DNA of 40,505 nt from Candidatus Kaiserbacteria bacterium RIFCSPHIGHO2_02_FULL_49_16 (GTDB lineage Bacteria > Patescibacteriota > Minisyncoccia > Phycocordibacterales > UBA2100). Below, piece by piece: positions 36,136-40,505 of this stretch. The stretch covers positions 1 through 40,505 of the forward strand of contig MFLD01000031.1 in the NCBI GenBank assembly GCA_001781465.1. The letters are read 5' to 3'. The translations under genes and the position numbers were made by a program. Within the stretch, counting starts at the first letter, position 1. Each line of letters opens with the position of its first letter. Under the pieces are notes generated by a model. The model was not told the DNA's origin and did not search any database. It saw only the letters and a list, made by a program, of their open reading frames with translations.

Positions 36136-36163
36136 CTGGGCAAAAGGAATGTGCCCACTTTTC

Positions 36164-36192
36164 TTGACATATATTAAAGCTATATATAGACT
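36164..36192 (+). promoter_or_regulatory. promoter of third TA pair
   Basis: TTGACA-17-TAGACT, 6 nt before ATG 36199. Confidence 0.8.
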
Positions 36193-36198
36193 ATACGT

Positions 36199-36465
36199 AT
36201 GACTACACAAGTTGTATTTAATATAGACCCGAAAGTGAAGGCACGCGCGATGGAGCGGGCCAAGCGCGAGGGTATTCCCTTTGCTTCAGTATTGAAACTC
36301 GCGGCGAAGGCCTTCGCGGAGGGGCAATTTTCTGTCGGGATCGTCGACGAAATCCTTCCCCAGAAAATGCGGCTTCTTGAGCGGGAGTCTCGGCTACTCG
36401 ACAAAGGAAAAGGCCGCCGTTTTTCTTCCGTGAAGGACGCTCTAACGTTTGTGGAGAATCTGTAG
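36199..36465 (+). CDS. RHH-type (RelB/DinJ-like) antitoxin
   Basis: TQVVFNIDPKVKARA...GI....VL; C-terminal RFSSVKDAL; upstream of toxin. Confidence 0.8.
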   Translation: MTTQVVFNIDPKVKARAMERAKREGIPFASVLKLAAKAFAEGQFSVGIVDEILPQKMRLLERESRLLDKGKGRRFSSVKDALTFVENL

Positions 36466-36468
36466 GAT

Positions 36469-36750
36469 ATGAGAGAGCGGGAACCGAATCGGCTGACATT
36501 CTCGCCATGGTTTGAGAAAATACTCCGAACGCTTAAAAGAAAGAATCCGAATTTGGTGCGTGCATTTGCAAAGCACCTCCCCAAGGTCGTTGCGAATCCC
36601 GAACTTGGTAAGCCGTTGCGGCATTCTTTGCGAAACTACCGCCGCATTCATATTGAAGGTTCATTTGTCCTTTTATATGAGATACGGGAACGCGAAGTAT
36701 ACCTGATTGACCTCGACCATCACGATAGAGTGTATAAAAAGTACTCATAG
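36469..36750 (+). CDS. RelE/ParE/YafQ-family toxin
   Basis: NPELGKPLRHSLRNYRRIHI.GSFVLLYEI...HHDRVY. Confidence 0.9.
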   Translation: MREREPNRLTFSPWFEKILRTLKRKNPNLVRAFAKHLPKVVANPELGKPLRHSLRNYRRIHIEGSFVLLYEIREREVYLIDLDHHDRVYKKYS

Positions 36751-36861
36751 TTTGGCATTTGCTGGCGTTGTAACGGGGGCAGGGCATAGAAACTCCGCGT
36801 CCGCGGGGTTTTTGTGTTTTTTGGCTGCAAAAGTGAAGCTGAAACCCCCTCAGAAATAATT

Positions 36862-36890
36862 TTGACATGGATATTTAATGCTGTTATGGT
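36862..36890 (+). promoter_or_regulatory. sigma70 promoter
   Basis: TTGACA-17-TATGGT; SD AAGGAG before ATG 36945. Confidence 0.7.
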
Positions 36891-36944
36891 AACGGCATCC
36901 TCATCATTTGATGCGGAAAGTCAGCAACCAAAAGGAGCATTTCG

Positions 36945-37691
36945 ATGCAAGCCGACTCGCGATCTTTGAAAGCCAAGAGTAGTAGTATCAGAGTACTAGC
37001 AACCGGAGCGCCGTACCATGGCCTGATGGACGTTCTCCGTGAATTTGAGAGGGCTACCGGCGCCGTGGCGTTTGTGTACAAGGCACCTGTAGGCAAAGCA
37101 CTGGAGGTTCTCGGTGGTTGCGTCCAGGTGGACCTCGTCGTTCTACCCAGTTCAGCAATGGAAAAAGCCAGGGTTCGAAACTGGGTCCGTGTTAGTGGGC
37201 CTTTCGTCGACCTTGGTGGATCAGGGGTCGGGTTCTTTATCGGCCCCTCGTGGGAAGGCCCCGCCCCAGACGTTTCGTATCGGGAAGGTCTGATGGAGGC
37301 ACTGGAGGCGGCAGAGAGCATCGGCGTCACCGATCCTAAACTCGGTTCAGGGGGACGTATCGTAATGAACGCCCTTGAACACTTGGGTCCGGATGACCCG
37401 ATTCGCCGCAAAATCCGGCTCTTTCCGTCTGGTGATGCGACGTTCAAAGCTGCGGCAGAAGAGCAGACGATGGTGGCGCTTGGTCTGGTCTGCGAGGGTC
37501 TGGCGACTCACGGGCTCGAACTGGCAGGCTCGCTTCCCCCGGGCATGAACCAAGTGACGCAGTATATGGCGGGAATGTCCCAGACGGTTTACGTCCAAAA
37601 CGAGGGACTCGTCGGCCAGCTGCTTGATCTGCTGAAACGGAGCCGACAAACCTTCGTCGCACACGGACTCGACGAAGAGCCTGACCAGTGA
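36945..37691 (+). CDS. ModA-like substrate-binding-fold protein (SBP_bac_11), no signal peptide
   Basis: IRVLATGA...FERATG...DLVV...IGVTDP..GSGG...AGSLP...Y.AG pattern. Confidence 0.7.
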   Translation: MQADSRSLKAKSSSIRVLATGAPYHGLMDVLREFERATGAVAFVYKAPVGKALEVLGGCVQVDLVVLPSSAMEKARVRNWVRVSGPFVDLGGSGVGFFIGPSWEGPAPDVSYREGLMEALEAAESIGVTDPKLGSGGRIVMNALEHLGPDDPIRRKIRLFPSGDATFKAAAEEQTMVALGLVCEGLATHGLELAGSLPPGMNQVTQYMAGMSQTVYVQNEGLVGQLLDLLKRSRQTFVAHGLDEEPDQ

Positions 37692-37819
37692 CATGGCAGG
37701 TGTGCGGAACCCCATGTTCTTTTTTTTCCGCAATAAGCCGTCCCGAGCCTGAAGAGAGGGCTGACAGGGGGCGACTTTTTCTTTTTTTAATAAACTCCAT
37801 TACACTGACTGCCCCATAT

Positions 37820-37844
37820 AAATTGGACATCGGATGTCCAATTT
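37820..37844. repeat. 25-bp palindrome, copy 2
   Basis: Identical to 32446-32470; immediately upstream of the leu -35. Confidence 0.9.
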
Positions 37845-37849
37845 TGGGC

Positions 37850-37878
37850 TTGACACGAAAACGATTCTCGCCTATTTT
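37850..37878 (+). promoter_or_regulatory. leu operon promoter
   Basis: TTGACA-17-TATTTT, 6 nt before the leader-peptide ATG. Confidence 0.75.
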
Positions 37879-37884
37879 GATGCT

Positions 37885-37956
37885 ATGACTGCACGATATT
37901 CAACAACACAAAAAGGTCTCCTTCTCCTTGCGCTTACACTACACTGCGAGGGGTAA
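37885..37956 (+). CDS. leuL: leu operon leader peptide (23 aa)
   Basis: MTARYSTTQKGLLLLALTLHCEG*: four consecutive Leu codons plus two more. Confidence 0.85.
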   Translation: MTARYSTTQKGLLLLALTLHCEG

Positions 37957-37984
37957 TCCTGTTGCTCAAAATCAAGAGAAAACA

Positions 37985-38024
37985 AGACCTGGCCTCTCGC
38001 AAGAGAGGCTAGGTCTGTTATATT
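37985..38024 (+). terminator. attenuator terminator hairpin (3:4)
   Basis: AGACCTGGCCTCTC-GCAA-GAGAGGCTAGGTCT then GTTATATT; its 5' arm can alternatively pair with TGCGAGGGG (37945-37953). Confidence 0.8.
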
Positions 38025-38060
38025 AGTAATAAACCCAGGTATGACAAAAGAGAAAACAAC

Positions 38061-38168
38061 CCCATTAGAAATCGCGGACGCGCATCGTCAAGAAATTGTA
38101 TGAACAGCAAACCAAAACAACATAATCGAGCTAAGAAACCAGCCAGTGCGCGTCCTATTTCTAACGGG
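38061..38168. mobile_element. MITE-like element over the leuC start
   Basis: CCCATTAGAAAT.G.GGACGCGCA ... TGCGCGTCCTATTTCTAACGGG. Confidence 0.75.
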
Positions 38169-39551
38169 GCAGGCCAAACACTGTATGAAAAGATATGGGA
38201 TGCGCATGTAGTGCGCGAGGCCGCGGGTGAACCTACTATATTGTATATAGACCTGCACTTGATTCACGAGGTGACTACCCCGCAGGCGTTCACCGGATTG
38301 CGTAACCGCAAGTTGCCCGTTCGCCGGACAGACCTCACCATCGCGACCATGGACCACTCGGTGCCATCCGCCAATCGAAAGAAACTTCCGTGGCCCGATG
38401 TGATGGCGCAAAAACAAGTTGAGATGCTGGATGCCAACTGCAAAAAGCACGGCATCACTCTTTACGACCTTGGAAGCAAGCACCAGGGCATAGTGCATAT
38501 CATCGGACCAGAGCTTGGGCTCACTCAACCTGGCAAAACAATCGTGTGCGGAGACAGCCACACTTCCACTCACGGCGCGTTCGGAGCGCTGGCTTTCGGA
38601 ATTGGAACTTCGGAAGTGGAGCATGTTTTCGCCACGCAGTGCCTGCTTCAGAACAAAACAAAAACCATGGCAATTACAGTAAATGGCACTTTGCCGAAAG
38701 GAGTTTTCTCAAAAGACATAATCTTGAGAATCATAAATGAGATAGGAATAGGCGGAGGAACCGGCTACACATTTGAGTATCGCGGAAGCGCGATTCGCGC
38801 TTTGAGCATGGAGGCGCGCATGACCATCTGCAATATGTCTATTGAGGCGGGAGCGCGCGCGGGGATGGTTGCTCCAGACCAAACTACAGTTGACTACCTA
38901 GAGAAACGGGTAAAATTCGCAAGTGCCGAAGAAAGAGAGCGCGTGAAAGCATCGTGGCTGAAATGGAAATCGGACGAAGGCGCGATGTTCGATAAAGAAG
39001 TAATTATTGATGCGGATACAATCGAACCAATGGTTACTTGGGGAACAAATCCGGGAATGTCCGTAGGAATAACTCAAAAAATCCCAAAGGCCGAGAGCGA
39101 GGATGTAAAGAAAGCCCTCGAATATATGGGCTTGCAAGGAGGACAGAAGATGGCCGGCCAGCCGATACAATTCGTATTCATCGGGAGTTGCACGAATTCC
39201 CGTATCGAAGACTTGCGTATCGCTTCCAAAATAATGAATGGTAAGAAAATCGCCAAAGGCGTTACCGCTTATGTAGTGCCGGGTTCTCAAGAAGTGAAAA
39301 GCGAAGCGGAATCCGAAGGGTTGGACAAAGTGTTTTTGTCCGCGGGTTGCGAGTGGCGAGAGCCAGGGTGCAGTATGTGCATCGGAATGAATGGCGACTT
39401 GGTGCCATCGGGAAAATATTGCGCGTCTACCTCAAACAGAAATTTCATCGGCCGGCAAGGGCGAGGCGCGCGCACGCTTCTTATGTCCCCCGCGATGGCG
39501 GCAGTCGCGGCCATTGAAGGAACCGTCGGCGACGCGCGAAAATTCGTATGA
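38100..39551 (+). CDS. leuC: 3-isopropylmalate dehydratase large subunit
   Basis: TLYEKIW, HEVTTPQAF, CGDSHTSTHGAFG, GSCTNSR, GCSMC, STSNRNF. Confidence 0.97.
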   Translation: MNSKPKQHNRAKKPASARPISNGAGQTLYEKIWDAHVVREAAGEPTILYIDLHLIHEVTTPQAFTGLRNRKLPVRRTDLTIATMDHSVPSANRKKLPWPDVMAQKQVEMLDANCKKHGITLYDLGSKHQGIVHIIGPELGLTQPGKTIVCGDSHTSTHGAFGALAFGIGTSEVEHVFATQCLLQNKTKTMAITVNGTLPKGVFSKDIILRIINEIGIGGGTGYTFEYRGSAIRALSMEARMTICNMSIEAGARAGMVAPDQTTVDYLEKRVKFASAEERERVKASWLKWKSDEGAMFDKEVIIDADTIEPMVTWGTNPGMSVGITQKIPKAESEDVKKALEYMGLQGGQKMAGQPIQFVFIGSCTNSRIEDLRIASKIMNGKKIAKGVTAYVVPGSQEVKSEAESEGLDKVFLSAGCEWREPGCSMCIGMNGDLVPSGKYCASTSNRNFIGRQGRGARTLLMSPAMAAVAAIEGTVGDARKFV

Positions 39552-39587
39552 CCCGGTAGTGCAATGTGCCTTAGGCTTAAACAAATT

Positions 39588-39689
39588 ATGAAAATAAATC
39601 ACGAACACATCAAAATCAAATCTATCGAAAGTTTACCATTCACGCCGCGCCAAACGCCGTGCATTTGGCGCAAAGGCACATTCTACTAA
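39588..39689 (+). CDS. possible 33-aa ORF between leuC and leuD
   Basis: MKINHEHIKIKSIESLPFTPRQTPCIWRKGTFY* ends 6 nt before leuD; no homology recognised. Confidence 0.25.
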   Translation: MKINHEHIKIKSIESLPFTPRQTPCIWRKGTFY

Positions 39690-39695
39690 CCGGGT

Positions 39696-40304
39696 ATGAA
39701 AATCACTCAATTCAAAAACTTAAGCTCGTCTTTAATGCCCTTGCACAGGGATGATGTTGATACCGACCAAATTATTCCCGCCCGCTTCTTGACAGCCACA
39801 GACAAAAAGGGATTCGGCGAACATTTGTTTATGGACTTGCGATTTGAGGAAGATGGAGTCACTCCAAAACCAGATTTCGTTCTGAACCAGAAGCAATACA
39901 AAAACGCGAAAATCCTGCTTGCTCACGAAAATTTCGGCTGCGGTTCTTCCCGCGAACACGCCCCGTGGGCGCTTTTGGGCTATGGCTTTAATGCGGTTAT
40001 CGCAATTTCTTTCGCCGACATTTTCAGGAACAACTCTGCAAAAAATGGATTGCTCGTCGTAGAATTGCCGCGCGATGTGATAGACATGATGCACGCCGAT
40101 GTGCTCAAAGACCCGAAAGAAAAAGCTACGATTAATTTGGAGCAACAAACGAGCATATGGAAAGGAAAAGCGTATAATTTTCCGATAAATCCGTTTGTTA
40201 AAAAGTGCATGCTGGAAGGGCTTGATGACATCGGCTACACGATGAGTTTTGCCGACCAAATCAGCGTGTATGAAAAACGACGAGATAGTGTTAACGCCAC
40301 ATAA
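39696..40304 (+). CDS. leuD: 3-isopropylmalate dehydratase small subunit
   Basis: [43 protein letters not shown]. Confidence 0.97.
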   Translation: MKITQFKNLSSSLMPLHRDDVDTDQIIPARFLTATDKKGFGEHLFMDLRFEEDGVTPKPDFVLNQKQYKNAKILLAHENFGCGSSREHAPWALLGYGFNAVIAISFADIFRNNSAKNGLLVVELPRDVIDMMHADVLKDPKEKATINLEQQTSIWKGKAYNFPINPFVKKCMLEGLDDIGYTMSFADQISVYEKRRDSVNAT

Positions 40305-40305
40305 T

Positions 40306-40505
40306 ATGAAAAACTCTGCAAAAAAATACAGGCCGTTTCCGCCAGTCGGATTAAAGAGCCGAACCTGGCCGGATAAGACGATTACGAAAGCGCCTAAATG
40401 GTGCAGTGTCGATTTGCGCGACGGCAATCAGGCGCTTGTTACTCCAATGAATTTGGAGCAAAAGTTGAAAATGTTCCAGTTGCTCATCGATGTCGGATTC
40501 AAGGA
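40306..40505 (+). CDS. leuA: 2-isopropylmalate synthase, type 2 (partial, runs off the right edge)
   Basis: [46 protein letters not shown]...K..MF.LL..VGFK. Confidence 0.93.
   Translation, partial: MKNSAKKYRPFPPVGLKSRTWPDKTITKAPKWCSVDLRDGNQALVTPMNLEQKLKMFQLLIDVGFK

Noticed and set aside
32400..37700. Prophage, DGR or retron in the variable region
   Set aside because: No integrase, reverse transcriptase, phage structural gene or adenine-specific TR/VR pair is visible.
2211..38168. GTTAGA / TCTAAC motifs as integron attC core sites
   Set aside because: The order is reversed relative to attC (GTT first, AAC last), there is no attC body or integrase, and the CCC/GGG ends with a flank duplication fit TIRs better.
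22748..39551. Genetic code 25 (TGA=Gly) as in Gracilibacteria/Absconditabacteria
   Set aside because: Long conserved genes contain no internal TGA, and TGA terminates copA, csoR and leuC normally.

Overview
Chromosomal segment of a reduced-genome bacterium, most likely Patescibacteria/CPR (Parcubacteria-like). This is inferred from an unlinked 23S gene, truncated PheS/PheT/EF-Ts and pervasive leaderless promoters. From left to right: 5' end of a stand-alone 23S rRNA gene with its own promoter; housekeeping genes (rplJ-rplL, khpA-trmD, gyrB, pheS-[GNAT-like ORF]-pheT, rpsB-tsf, tRNA-Thr, ndk); surface proteins (CARDB, PEGA, RDD-pilin fusion, Cys-rich repeat protein); an ~8.5 kb CsoR/CopA copper operon with several uncharacterised Cys/His proteins; a variable region with three toxin-antitoxin pairs and two orphan genes in homologous flanks; a probable 6S RNA; an orphan ModA-like protein; and leuC-leuD-leuA (leuA cut by the window end). 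Most notable: (1) a complete leaderless Leu-rich leader-peptide attenuator upstream of the leu genes; (2) palindromic and heptamer DNA elements embedded in frame in gyrB, pheS, pheT, copA and the L10 leader; (3) a MITE-like family (CCCRTTAGA...TCTAACGGG) that supplies start codons to genes; (4) a duplicated promoter cassette with a flipped hairpin loop and variable poly-G tract in front of different cargo genes. All calls are by eye from sequence and the ORF track; no database searches were run.
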